Positions 41,728 through 53,402 of a DNA stretch of 64,000 nucleotides are shown here, in pieces (positions within the stretch are counted from its first letter, which is position 1; each line of letters starts with the position of its first letter). The notes beneath the pieces are model-generated. The model was not told where the DNA came from. It did not search any database and saw only the letters and a program-made list of their open reading frames with translations. Position numbers and translations under genes: made by a program. This stretch comes from the human T2T-CHM13v2.0 reference genome, Homo sapiens. The stretch lies in assembly GCF_009914755.1 (NCBI RefSeq), contig NC_060925.1, one strand, 5' to 3'.

Positions 41728-43228
41728 TACCTGGGGGTGTTTTTAAAGCTATCAATGTGCTAATTGGTCTGGGCCACATATACTATGTATTTTTTAAAAC
41801 AGTGATTCAAATTTGCATCTAGGGTTGCAAACCAATGGTAGTGGCCTGAAATGCAAATTCTCAGTGAAAGGCAAATCATAAACTGTGGGTTGGACCTCAG
41901 CACTTGGTGTTTTCTTAAGCCTCCCAGGTGATCTGGGTCAGTCCTCTAGTGGGGTTAATGAGCCTCCATGGGAGAGAACAACAGGTACAGGGAGAGGACC
42001 TAGCCTTGGGCACTGGAGGGGTAAGAGAAGATTCTGGAAGGGGAGCCTGATCAGAAGATAAACTTCCTTTCTGTAGGATCTGAAAAATCTGATCTGTCCT
42101 TCCCCACGTGTGGGCTTGCCGCCCGTGTCTTGGCTTGTTCAAGGGAGCCTAGGACAGAGCGGGTTCTGCTTCTCTCAGAGGTCTTGTGGATGAGTAGCTG
42201 AAGCCCTCTGGAGAGAAAGGCCAGAGTCTCTCTGCGGCTGAAGCAGAGCCGCTGAGAAAGGTGAAGCTCCACCGCACGACCACAAGGTCGCGCCACACTC
42301 GCCCTCCCATCAGTATTTACGGGAGTCAGGAGTCCAAGAAAGGAGGAGAATGAGGAGGACGCCAAGGGAGTGGGGAAGTTCCGAGCAGAAACTGTGGGCA
42401 GAGTGGAACTCATGAGCTGGGAGGACAACTAGCATTTATTTTTGTATAGTTTTTTGAGGGAGAGTAAACAGAAATACCACTTGCTGGGAAAGTTACGTAA
42501 CGGGAGGATGCTTCCTCTTCATCCCCAGAGAACTAAATGGAACCATATTGGGCCCTCCTCAGCCACTCGGGGAGACGCTTTTCAAGGGAGTGAAATGTTT
42601 TATTAAAGAAACTCCAAGAAGGGAGGAAAGAAGCCCAAAAGAGAGGCAGCCTGACAGGTCGACAGATGGAATCAGCCCCTCTCATGCATGTGGCTGAAAG
42701 CTGAAAGTCAGTTCCTCCGAAGGTAGAGCTACGGTAGTTCACAGATCCACAACGCCTTTCATCTGCATGCTCACAGCTCCAGACTGATGGCAAATGGAGA
42801 GATTTACAGTGTCCCGGGAGAAGCAGAAATAGGGGTCCACGCTCCAAGTCTGCTTAGCTGATAGCAAATGGAGCGGAGCCCCTGGAGTTTGTAAACTAGG
42901 GCCTTCTATTCAGTTTTGTCATGTCCATAAAATAAGGATAAAAGAGATCTCTTTCTCTGGGCGGTTGTGAAGATTAAGTAAAATATGTATGGGAATTGCC
43001 TGGCATGTAATAGGTACTCAACAAATGTCTCTTCCATGTTCCTCTTCCTCAGAAGTGCTCAACAGCTGTATGGTCAAAATATCATCGACTAGTCACACTC
43101 TTCTCAGTTTTTTTTCAAGTGAAAATACAAAAAGGAAATAACACTTTCTTCTCCTGGATGAAGAAACCACAAATGCAATTCTTAATTCAATCTAAGGAAT
43201 TTTATTAGTTAAAAGTAACTGACCTTTA

Positions 43229-43263
43229 ATTGCTTCTCGGCCTTTTGGCTAAAATCAAGTGTA
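43229..43263 (+). pseudogene. U2 snRNA retropseudogene, 3'-truncated (nt 1-35)
   Basis: ATTGCTTCTCGGCCTTTTGGCTAAAATCAAGTGTA vs U2 5' end ATCGCTTCTCGGCCTTTTGGCTAAGATCAAGTGTA (33/35); degenerate flanking direct repeats. Confidence 0.92.
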
Positions 43264-43967
43264 ATAATAACTGCACTTTAGGTAAACTTCCCAAGTTATG
43301 ATATTGCCACTCTATAAGAATACTAATGAATAATAGGTAAACATCACTTTTCATTTCAGTTTACACAGCTTACGGTTTCTTTCAATTCTCAGGGTCTGTA
43401 CTTTTACAGGTCTTATCTCACCCCGTTAGCTAGTCATCAATTGCAAATTTATTAAACATTTCAAATGATACTGTCAGCTAAAGACAGACTACCTACCTGA
43501 ATTGCCACCATCACTTTCAGAAGACTTCTGGGGGCTATGGCCTCAGGAACACAGCCCTGTCCCATACAGCTCTAGAAGTGACCATTTTTTTCTAGAACAA
43601 AAACCTGGGTAAATATTCACTGCAAGGAGACACTTCTATTAAGACATTCTCCAGCCCCCTCTTGATGGTCAAATGCAGTGGAGACTTCAGTCTTTATCCT
43701 ACTGCTCCTCCAGGCTGTATTTGCTGCTCTGCACCTCTGTATAGACATACTTCCTTGGCTCGAGTAACACTATTGGCTCATAATTCTTAACTCTTTTCAT
43801 GTCACTTTTCGGTGTCATCCTTGGGCTCCTCTCTTCCTTGTTTCACTTATAGAAGGTGATTCCCTGGGTTTTGTCCTTGACTATTCTCTTTTCGTTCTGT
43901 GGGCTTTACCTTGATCGATCTTGTCCTTTCTCTTTCAGATTTAATCACCTCCCATATGCTGATGACA

Positions 43968-44365
43968 TGCAGCAGAGACAGTAACGCTCACCACAAGTTA
44001 CATTCGCACCTCTACATTTCTCAGCCCCTGCAGTTAGGTGGGGCCATAAAACTAATTCTGTCCATGAAATGTGAGCAGACATGATCTGTGTCACTTCCAG
44101 GCTGAGGAGTAAAAGGCATAGGTGTGATTATTTAGTCTTTCTTTTCTCTTTCCCAAGTGACTGAGACGCACTCATGTTCTAGATACTGAAGTTACAAGAT
44201 GATGCAACCTTGCCAACTTGAGTCCCTAAGTAATGATGGGAAACAGATTCCCTCAATAACACACACTTGACAGTATGAGTTAAAAAATAAACACTTTTTT
44301 TGCATTAAGTCACTGAGATGTGGGGATAGTCTGTTACTGCAACATGACCTGTCTTGTCCTGACTT
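43968..44365 (+). mobile_element. MLT1 (I/J-like) LTR within L2 sequence
   Basis: CCCCTGCAGTTAGGTGGGGCCAT, TGTGTCACTTCCAGGCTGAG, TAAGTCACTGAGAT...TGTTACTGCAACATGACCT. Confidence 0.75.
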
Positions 44366-45359
44366 CCAAGTCTAGTACCCAGCCTTATATCAACATCTAG
44401 TAGTTAATAAACAATTTTTATTAACAAAACAAATAGCCTTCTTTATCCCTCACTGCTTCCCAGAGTTTCATATTTATTGTTCCCATCTGCTTCTGGAGAA
44501 GTCCATTTCCCAGAACTGCTCCTCTTCTAGTATTCCATACCTCTGTTAGTAGCACAGCAGACTCTCAAGTTATTGAACCAAGAAAGAGGAGTCAGCCCAG
44601 AAACCTTCCATTGCCACCCCACTCCAGTGAATCACGAAATGCTTATAAAAATACCTCCTAAATATCTCTTCACCTTCCTCATCGGCTCTGTAAAGACTTG
44701 CCTGGACTGGTGGAATCGAATCTTGACCATTCTTCTCTCTCTTGCCCTGACCTCCACCTGTCAAATCTACCCTCCCCACTCTAGTCAGAGGAGATCGTCT
44801 AAATTACAAGTCTGACCATGTTTAAAACCACTTGTGAGTCTCTGACACCTACAAAATAAAGCCTGAACTTTTTGGCTTGTCACAGAGGCATCCTAGCACA
44901 CATGGCCTGGACCCTACCTGAACCTCTGGCCTGCTGTCTGACCTCTGCCACATTGCCTTTTGCAATTGTAATATTAATACTTCCTAATTCCTTATAGCTC
45001 CACCTGCATTGTGCAGTCTCATGCCTCCTTTCCTGACTCTGTGCCTGGCTAGACTGTATCAACTATCTAAGATTTACCTGGACATCATCTCTGCCAGAGG
45101 GCCTTCCCTAGTCCTCACCTTCACCCTTCCTCTGTATTTTCATAGCACCCAATTTCAATTTTTATTACAGTGTTGTGGCTCCACTGTTGTTCATACACAT
45201 GAGAGTGAACATGCACTTCTTGACAGGCAAAAATAGGCCAAGGATCTTTTTTGACTCCCTCAAGACACGTTTTATTTGGAGATTATTTGGTTCCAGATCT
45301 TTGTCATTTCCTTCCTTAGGTCTCATTATAATCTACCTGAGGAGTACTCAGTATGTAGT

Positions 45360-45625
45360 CTTCTTGCCTCCCCTCCCCTCCCTTCCCCTTCTCCCTCTCT
45401 CCCTCCCTCCCTCCCTTCCTTCCTTCCCTCCTTTCTTCTTTCCTTCCTTTTTCCTTCCTTCCTTTCTTCCTTCCATCCTTCCTTCCTTTTTCCTTCTTTC
45501 CTTCCTCCCTCCCTTCCTTTTCCTTCCTTCCTTCTTTCATTTTTCTTTCCCTACTCTTTCCTTTTCCCTTTCCTTTCCCTTCTTTTCTTTTTTCCTCCCC
45601 CCTTTCATCCTTTCTTTGTTCCTTC
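45360..45625. repeat. (CCTT)n/(CTTT)n polypyrimidine tract
   Basis: ~260 bp almost free of purines on the + strand. Confidence 0.92.
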
Positions 45626-45629
45626 TGGC

Positions 45630-45880
45630 TCTAGGGTCAGAATGACCAGGTTCAAATCCAAGCTTTACCACTACTTATTAACTGTGTGACTCTAGAAAAC
45701 TTTCCTAAATTCTCTGAGCCTTATTTTCTTCATTTGGAAAATGGGAATAGTCATATTCTCTATAGACATATTCATCTCACTGGATTGTTGTAAGGTTTAA
45801 ATAACATGTAAATATAAATTACTTAGAACAATGCGTGATACAGGGTAAGCACTCAAATACACATTTTCTATTATTACTTT
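45630..45880 (+). mobile_element. MIR
   Basis: GGTTCAAATCC, CTGTGTGAC, TCTCTGAGCC...CTCATTTGGAAAATGGGAATA, GTAAGCACTCAA. Confidence 0.8.
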
Positions 45881-47104
45881 CTTTTATCTGTTCAGTGAAT
45901 AACTAACTAGCAATCAACATTTAATAGCACTTTCTAACCCTGGAATCTAAGTTAAGCCGACCAGTATCTTGGATCTGGGCCCAATCCCTATTCATGTGCC
46001 CAAATCTTTCTGTCTAGGGTGCTGCAACCAACATTCCATACCAGAGTTTTTAGCCATTTGGTTTAAGACTTGTTCCCCCCTTAAAGCACAGATACCACAT
46101 AAAGTTTTATCAATCATTTATAATGCCCTCATTGAAGTAGGCCCAGACAACTCCAGCTGGAAACAATAATAATTCATATTTGTATGGCACTTTACAATTT
46201 ACAAAGCACTCTCACATGCCCTTGATCTCCTGATCTTTAGAATAGTGTTGTGGGTTACGAGAAGCAGACATGATCACGATTATTACCATTTAAGAGAAGA
46301 AAATACTGAGATTCAGAGTTTATGAGCGCAAGTTCCCACAGATGGCTTGCCATGTAGCGGAGGCTCATTTTCAAGCTTTGTGGCTCCTGGGCCCAGTCTC
46401 TTTCTGCTCCCCTATGCTTACGTAACCTCTGATACTTTCTAGCAGCAGTACAGGCCCTAGAAACCTGGGGCCTAATACAGAGTTGTAGAGGCAGGCAACT
46501 CATGTCGTGGTATGAATGGTTTTAGAGACTTGGGGAATATCAGGGTGAAATGAGACTTTAAAGATTATCTGTTCAAGAGCCCAAGATTGGAATCAAGTTT
46601 ACTGAATTCACACCCAGCTCTGTCACTTGCTATTGAATCTTGAGATAAGCATTTAACTTCTCTGTGCTTGAATTTTATCACCTATAACATGCCTGACAAT
46701 AGTTACTACACAGAGTTGTTGTGAGAGCAGATGAGATTACTCATTTACAGCACTTAATGAATGTTAGCCATTAGCACTAACATTATAGTGTAATTATTAT
46801 AATCTATGATGATATATTAGTTATAATAGTGTGGAAATCTGAGGTAGCTCCCTTTTCTGCAAGAAGTTTCTAAATCAGAATGGAAGGACATTGAACAGTT
46901 AGCAGGGGAAAATATCTACAGAGAGTAGATGGCAGGGAGAGGGGGTTTCAAACTGAAGTCAAAGGCTGGCCCTGCTGAGGTCATCCAAGGAGATGGATGG
47001 GGCAGAGGAGGGTAGAAACAGGGCAGGCTTTGAATTCCTCTCCCAAGCTATTAAACTTGGCAAGAGCCCTTGACATCTGGCTGGCTGATCATTGCCTGAC
47101 AGGT

Positions 47105-47495
47105 TGTATTAATCAGGGTTCTCCATAGAAACAGAACCAAAAAGGGGTGTGTGTGTGTGTATACAGTATACACAGACACACAGAGAGCGAGATAGAGAGA
47201 GGGAGAGATTTATTATAAGTAATTGGCTCACGCAACTATGGAGGCTGAGGAGTCCCAGGATCTGCAGTCAGCAAGCTGGAGACCCAGGAGAGCCAACGGC
47301 ATAGTTCAGTCTGAAGGCTTAAGACCCAAGAAAACCCCAATTTAGTCCAAAGTTAGGAAAAGGCCAGTGTCCCAGCTCAACAGCTCAGGCAGGAGGAGTT
47401 CCCCCTTACTCACATGAGGGTAAGCCTTTTTGTTCTTTTCAACCTTCAGCTTATTAGATGAGGCCCACCCACATTAGGAAATGCAATCCACTTAA
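47105..47495 (-). mobile_element. MLT2B-like LTR (partial)
   Basis: TGTATTAATCAGGGTTCTCC...AATTGGCTCACGC...CAAGCTGGAGACCCAGGAGAGCC...GATGAGGCCCACCCACATT. Confidence 0.85.
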
Positions 47496-49254
47496 CACAT
47501 TCGGGTGAATTCATGAGGTTTTTAGCACAGTATTTAATATTCAACACGTGGGAGTAGATGAGGGTACAGAGGAATATGCTCTGATTTGCAGATGTCACCT
47601 GTGCCACATAATGCTCTCCTCTTGTCTTGAATGGGGAAACATGGAAAGTTCCTAGGACAGGGACTGACTAGCACATACCAGGTATGCAACAAACATTAGT
47701 TCCTTTTATCCCCCATGAACACAGAAGGAGCAGCTTATTAGCAAGTCACAACTGATAAGATTATTTATAAATTCATTGCCCTTTAAAAATTTAGAGGACC
47801 GAACAAATGACCTGGACCCACCCTCACACTTTATAGGCAAGGAAACCAAGACCCAGAGTGCCATAGTAATGTACTCAGCTTGGAAAAGCAGAGACTGGAA
47901 CCCAAGTCCCTGAATCTTTATCTGGGACCTTTTTACCATTTGCATCATCCACTAGGTCTGCAGGAAGATAATTCAGTCATTCAACACTTACTTATGGCTA
48001 GCCCTGAAAGATACACTGTGGGGGATCACAGATATTTATAATCTAATGGGATTGACAAGTGTTAAGTAACAGCAGCATTTAAACCAGCATTTCATTGGTA
48101 GGACAATTAGTGTGAGGCCATCAGTGAAATGCATAAAACACACAGGAAAAGAAATGGCCCCATTATTTAAGTAATTTAATGATTAACAAACATTTTATTG
48201 AGCTCCTAATTGCATGAGGTATTTTGCTAGGCTTGAGAGATACATGGTCTCTACCCTTAAGGATCTTAAGTTTAGATGGGATGATATATATGGAAATAAA
48301 TAATTGCAACACGTTATTTTTTTTTAAATATCTGCAAGAAAGGTATTTGCAAGGACTGTGTAAGCTCAGATGACTTTAGGAGCACTAAAGAGATAGCTAA
48401 GACTGTTTCAGGAAGCCAAGTTCAGGGAAATGACACTGGAACTGGGTTCTCAAGTATAATTAAGAGTCCACTGGTGGGTAATGGAAGAAGCCGCTTCTCG
48501 GGAGGAGAAGAAAAAGGCTTTGCAAAGGCCTACCAGACAAAAAGCATGGCTTGTTACTTAGGGAACTGGAACATGGTTGTGTAGAGTGAGTTTGGGCTGT
48601 AAGCTATATTATGTCAGGCAGAGCCAGGATAGTCAGGAAAGGCCAGATCTCAGGGGCCATGACCACTCGGTCTCGAAGCTTAGATTTTTTTGGTGTAGGA
48701 AATGAGAACTTTGCAATTTTTTTTCTGTATTCCTATGGGAATGTTCTATAATATTCCTGTGGGAATATTTCTGTAATGAATGTAGATGACTACACTCATC
48801 AGAGGAAGCATGTTATTTTAAAAGAAAGCAAAATCTGCCTGGTGTCCGTATGGAGGGTAGAGGACATTCAATATCAGGAATAGAAACAGGAAGCCAAATT
48901 AGGAGAATTGCAAATTGTTGAGAAAGTGGACCAAAATTGGAGATGCAGAGAAGAGAAAACATCTGAGAGGATGTGAAAAGGAGAGGGGAGTAAGGGACTG
49001 AGTGGATGTGGGTAGCAGGAGAGGAAGTGGTCCAGTGAGACTCCCAGAGGGTGCTGACATGAGATGCAAGTCAAATGTCAAGCAGCTGCCTCTTGTGACT
49101 TCTGTATTCTCAGCTAGACTGAAAATGCCCTTAGGACAGAGACTTCTGTGTTCTGGAGGTCTTTGATCATGTCTCATACAGAGCCCTGCTCCTCTCTTGC
49201 TCTCTGTCTGAGGGGCAGAGCGAGGCTGAGGAGCACTGGAATATGAGTTATGGT

Positions 49255-49436
49255 TAGAGTTGTCAGATAAAAGACAGGACACCCAATTAAATTTGAATTT
49301 CTGATAAAAATGAATAATTTTTAACGTAAGTATGTTCCATGCAATATTTGAGATATACTAAAAATTTTATTGTTTATATGAACTTCAATTTTAACTGGGA
49401 ATCTTTTATTTTTATTTGGTAAATCTGGCAACCCTG
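49255..49436. mobile_element. MER53 palindromic hAT MITE
   Basis: TIRs AGAGTTGTCAGAT...ATCTGGCAACCCT with self-complementary arms around CCATGCAATATTTG. Confidence 0.85.
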
Positions 49437-49444
49437 GTTCTAGG

Positions 49445-49445
<1 letters not shown>

Positions 49446-49478
<33 letters not shown>
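49446..49478. repeat. (GT)n microsatellite
   Basis: Pure dinucleotide run. Confidence 0.96.
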
Positions 49479-49480
<2 letters not shown>

Positions 49481-49654
49481 AGAGTAGACAGCAGGAACAA
49501 AGAGTTGTGTGCAAGTAATGGGATATACAAAAGATTTAAGTGACCTTAAGAAGGCTTCATTTTCACAGAGGAAGTGGAGAAGGCACAAGAAACCAAAAAG
49601 TGAGAGTCACACTAAGGGAGGCAATTGAGCAGAGTGGCTTAGAGCCTTTCTCTG

Positions 49655-49927
49655 CTGGGTGTCTAGCTACGTGGGAGGCTGAGGTGTGAGGATCACTTAA
49701 GGCCAGGAGTTTAAGACCAGCCTAGACAACATAGTGACACTCCCTCTCTAAAAAAATAAAAAATAAATTAGCCAGGCATATGGTGGTGCATATCTGTAGT
49801 CCCAGCTACTTAGGAGGCTGAGGCAGGACAGTCACTTGAGGCCAGGAGTTGGAGGCTGCAGTAAACTGTGATCATACCACTGCACTCTAGCCTAGGCAAC
49901 AGAGTGAGACTCACCTCCCTTCAAAAA
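49655..49927 (+). mobile_element. AluJ with degraded 5' end
   Basis: Diverged dimer, TSD-like GAGCCTTTCT/GAGCCCTTCT. Confidence 0.85.
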
Positions 49928-50549
49928 TGAGAGCCCTTCTTCCGATCACTAGCTCCCCTGGATGAAACGTCCCGATAAGCAACAATCTAATAGTTAGCTT
50001 CCTACATAACTCACTTACGGACAGAAAATGCGCTGATCTGGGGCCAAGCCCTTTCTGACCCACATGAACAAGAAATAGAGGACACTATTTAGCGCACAGG
50101 TTTTGTAGTCAGACAGTCTGAATTCAAATTCTAGCTTCATAGCCTTGGGTAAATCATTTACCCTTTTAATCTGTTTTCTTTTTTCTAAATAAAGAAAATC
50201 GATTTAAAGGGTATTGTAATTATTTGTTAAAATTTAAGGATAATTATTTATTTTCATACAATAAAAATTATTTTGCAAAAAAATTTTGCATAATAATGAT
50301 GGTATCTTATCTTCAGAGACTACTTTAATGTTTTCACATCGACTTTTTTTTCTTGTCATCATATCTTCACAATAGCTCTGTAACATAGACAGTATGGGAC
50401 AAGTTTGATTATTCCCATGATACAGATATTTAAAAGAAGGAGAAGGTTAAAGAGCTTAGCCAAAGTCACAGCAGGGGTAATTGGTTAGTACCTGAACCAG
50501 GACTCCTCAATTGATACAATATTAAAACTAGAAAGTAAACAGGATCATC

Positions 50550-50718
50550 CAGCGGTTCTCAACTCAAGGGTTTTGGAAACATGAGGACCATTTTGATTAT
50601 CGCAATGCCTGGGGGATCTGCTGGCATTTAATGTCTGAAGCTCCAAATGCTAAAGATCCTCCAATGTGCATGACAGTCCTGACCCCAGATTCTAATAGCT
50701 CCCAGTTGAAAAACACAG
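50550..50718 (+). mobile_element. MER20-like hAT element
   Basis: CAGCGGTTCTCAAC...CTGCTGGCATTT...GTTGAAAAACACAG. Confidence 0.65.
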
Positions 50719-50899
50719 GTATTCCTGCCCCCTCATTTTACAACTGAAGAAACTGAAGACAGAGAGGTGAGTGACAGGTGGCTTTCACACAGTAGATTAT
50801 AAAAAAACTTTCTTGAGTGAGAGATATTAAAAAAGAGAAATGCAGTCCATTAAGGGAACTTTCTGCTTTTGCTCCTCTACATGGTGAATGTAGTACCTA

Positions 50900-51486
50900 T
50901 GTCAGAGGCATTGGAACCAGACCTTGAATAGGAGCAGCATAAAATGAGGCTGAGACCTGCTGGGCTACATCCCCAGGTGGTTGGGCATTCTTAGTCACAG
51001 GGTAAGGTAGGAGGTTGGCACAAGATACAGGTCACAAAGACCCCAGTAATAAAACAGAATGCAGTAAAGAAGCCAGCCCAAACCCACCAAATCCAAGATG
51101 GCAAAAGTGACCTCTGATCCTTCTCACTGCACATTATATGCCAATAATAATGCATTAGCATGCAAAAAAGACATTCCTTAGAGTGCCAAGACAGTTTATA
51201 AAGGCCATGGCAATATCCAGAAGCTGCACTATATGGTCTAAAAGGAAGAGAAAACTTTAGTTCCAGGAATTCCCCACCCCTTTCCCGGAAAATTCATGAA
51301 TAATCCATCCCTAATTTAGCATATAGCCGTTCTTGGGGCTGCTCTGCCTATGGAGTAGCCATTCTTTTGTTTCTTCTCTAATAAACTTGCTTTCACTTTA
51401 CTCTGTAGACTCTCCCAGAATTCTTTCTTGTGTGAGATCCAAGAACCCTCTCTTGGGGTCTGGATGGGGACCCCTTTCCAGTAACA
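50900..51486 (+). mobile_element. MER41 (B-like) ERV1 solo LTR
   Basis: TGTCAGAGGCATTGGAACCAG start, GAGATCCAAGAACCCTCTCTTGGGGTCTGGAT...CCCCTTTCCAGTAACA end, TSD CCTA/CCTG, tandem GAS motifs. Confidence 0.92.
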
Positions 51487-52489
51487 CCTGTACATGTTGG
51501 TGTGGCTGCGGAATGGGAAAAGGCCACTGAGTTCCAGTCCCAGGTGCACGGCTGACCATGTGATCAAGAGCCCTTCCCTTGTTATCTTTGAAGACTCAGG
51601 TTCTCAGTGTGAGACATGGGGTCTCCTATTCAATGACCTGTAGTGTTTCTCATGCAGATGTGACCAGGACATAGAAAGAGGCCCCCTGAATGGCTCCAAA
51701 GAAAGGCACTCATCAAAAGCAGAGCCAGACCTCGCCGACCTATGATGCTCAGGAGCCTCATGGTAAATGGCAGCATGAGGTCAGGCCTTCCTGGCAGAGT
51801 GGGAGCCGTGCAGCCGTAGCGCCCAGTGCCCAAGCTGCACTATTGGCTCAGGGCAAGCAGCTGAAAGCTAGAATGGCCTTAGTCCCAAATCAACATTTCA
51901 TAGATCAGGAAAATAATTAAAATGCAACTATCTCCTTTCCATGATTTTACTATATGAAATGCAGTGCTGAGCACTTGCTACATATGCCGCATTTAATTCC
52001 CACACCAATTCTGCGAACTAGAGACTTGTATTCCAATTTAGACATGGGGAAATTGAAAGTGAAGCTATAAGTAAATGTACTAAATCCAAAAGGTGAACGT
52101 GGCAGAGGTGGGATTTAAACCAAGGTCCATCGGATTCCACAGATACTATACTGCTATCTGGAAGACACTAAGGACTGAAAAGGGACTTACCCAAGAGGGC
52201 CCTTCTGCCTAGAAGGACTGGCACCTAAGTCCCCCGTCGTGTTTCAACTACTTGGTCATCCATGGCGATTCAAGATGGGGCAGTGTGGGTTGAAACCCCC
52301 CACCCCACCTTGTGTTGTGGGGAGGTCACCCAAACGTCCTTTGTAGCTTTCAATCCTCCCAAAGTAGCTGCAAAGAGGACGTGATGTGAATATTAAAAGC
52401 CCGAGGCTGGAGGACTTGCCTCCCCAACTCCAGTGCGGAGCCACAGAACTTCAAAGCGAAAGGAAGCACAAGCAGTAGGGGGAGGAGGT

Positions 52490-53150
52490 GTAAATTTCCC
52501 CCGCGGTCCCTTGGAACTGTGAACATTTGCAGATTCCCCAAGCCCTCCCGCTAGCTCCCTGCCAGGTGTCCGAGGCCCGACCGCGCCCCGCCCCCACCGC
52601 GCCCCCCTCCCCGCACCCCGCCCCTCCTGCTCCCGGCTTTCATGTGGATCAAGGCTGGAGGATGACAAGCTCCTGACTGATAGATACATGGAGACTTCGC
52701 TGGTGATTTATTGGCTTTCTGCACCTGACGAGAACCACTAGGCCTATCTGAGGAGGGAAATATATGGGCTTTCCTGACTCCAAGTGGCAGCCCCGGGGCG
52801 AGCATGTGATGTCAAGCTGGGCAGAGGAAAGCGGAGCTGTGCACCGGCCTGTGTACTGTAAGCCGGCCCGGGTCGTAAAAGTGTCAGCACGCGATATATT
52901 TCTTGCAGGGGATCCTCTCTGGCTCTTGCCAGCGCCTCTCCCCCGTGGCTGGCAGCCGCCCTAGCCGGGCCTGCAAGCAGCGGATGCCCCAGGTCGCTAT
53001 CCCTCCGCCCTGCCCCGGAGCGCCGGGCCCTCACGTTCTCGCTCCAGCCTGGGGTCTCTCACGTGGCATCTGGCCCTGGGGACGGTGCAGCGGAGGAGTT
53101 AATTGCTGTCACTCCTGACTTCAGCGAAAGAGGTCGATCGTGGGGTGAGA
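52490..53150. promoter_or_regulatory. CpG island / promoter-like element (non-repeat)
   Basis: Dense CpG and high GC; clustered Sp/KLF boxes CCCCGCCCC at 52585-52625; HOX cofactor sites. Confidence 0.75.
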
Positions 53151-53402
53151 TATTGAAGCTGGGGATTGACCTGTGGACCAAGAGTTTGATGGGGCAACTC
53201 AATAGCAAACTCAATGTTCCCAGAGATGAACCAAGTAATCAGTTATTTATTCAGAAAATTAAGTGCCATTCGTGTGCCAGGCACTGCGCCCCCTACCCGC
53301 AGGCCTCACCTTGGCCACCGGCCTGAGTTGTTCTCATTTCTCCTCCCTCTACCTCCAGGCTTCTTCCTCGGGGTTAGCAGGGGCCTGGAGTGGATGTTTA
53401 GT
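53097..53402 (+). repeat. Inverted duplication, copy A
   Basis: Aligns by eye at roughly 70% to the reverse complement of 56936-57263. Confidence 0.9.

Noticed and set aside
45175-45689. Hydrophobic 137-156 aa ORFs (similar ones at 16935-17390 and 22032-22364)
   Set aside because: Translations of stop-free microsatellite or low-complexity tracts.
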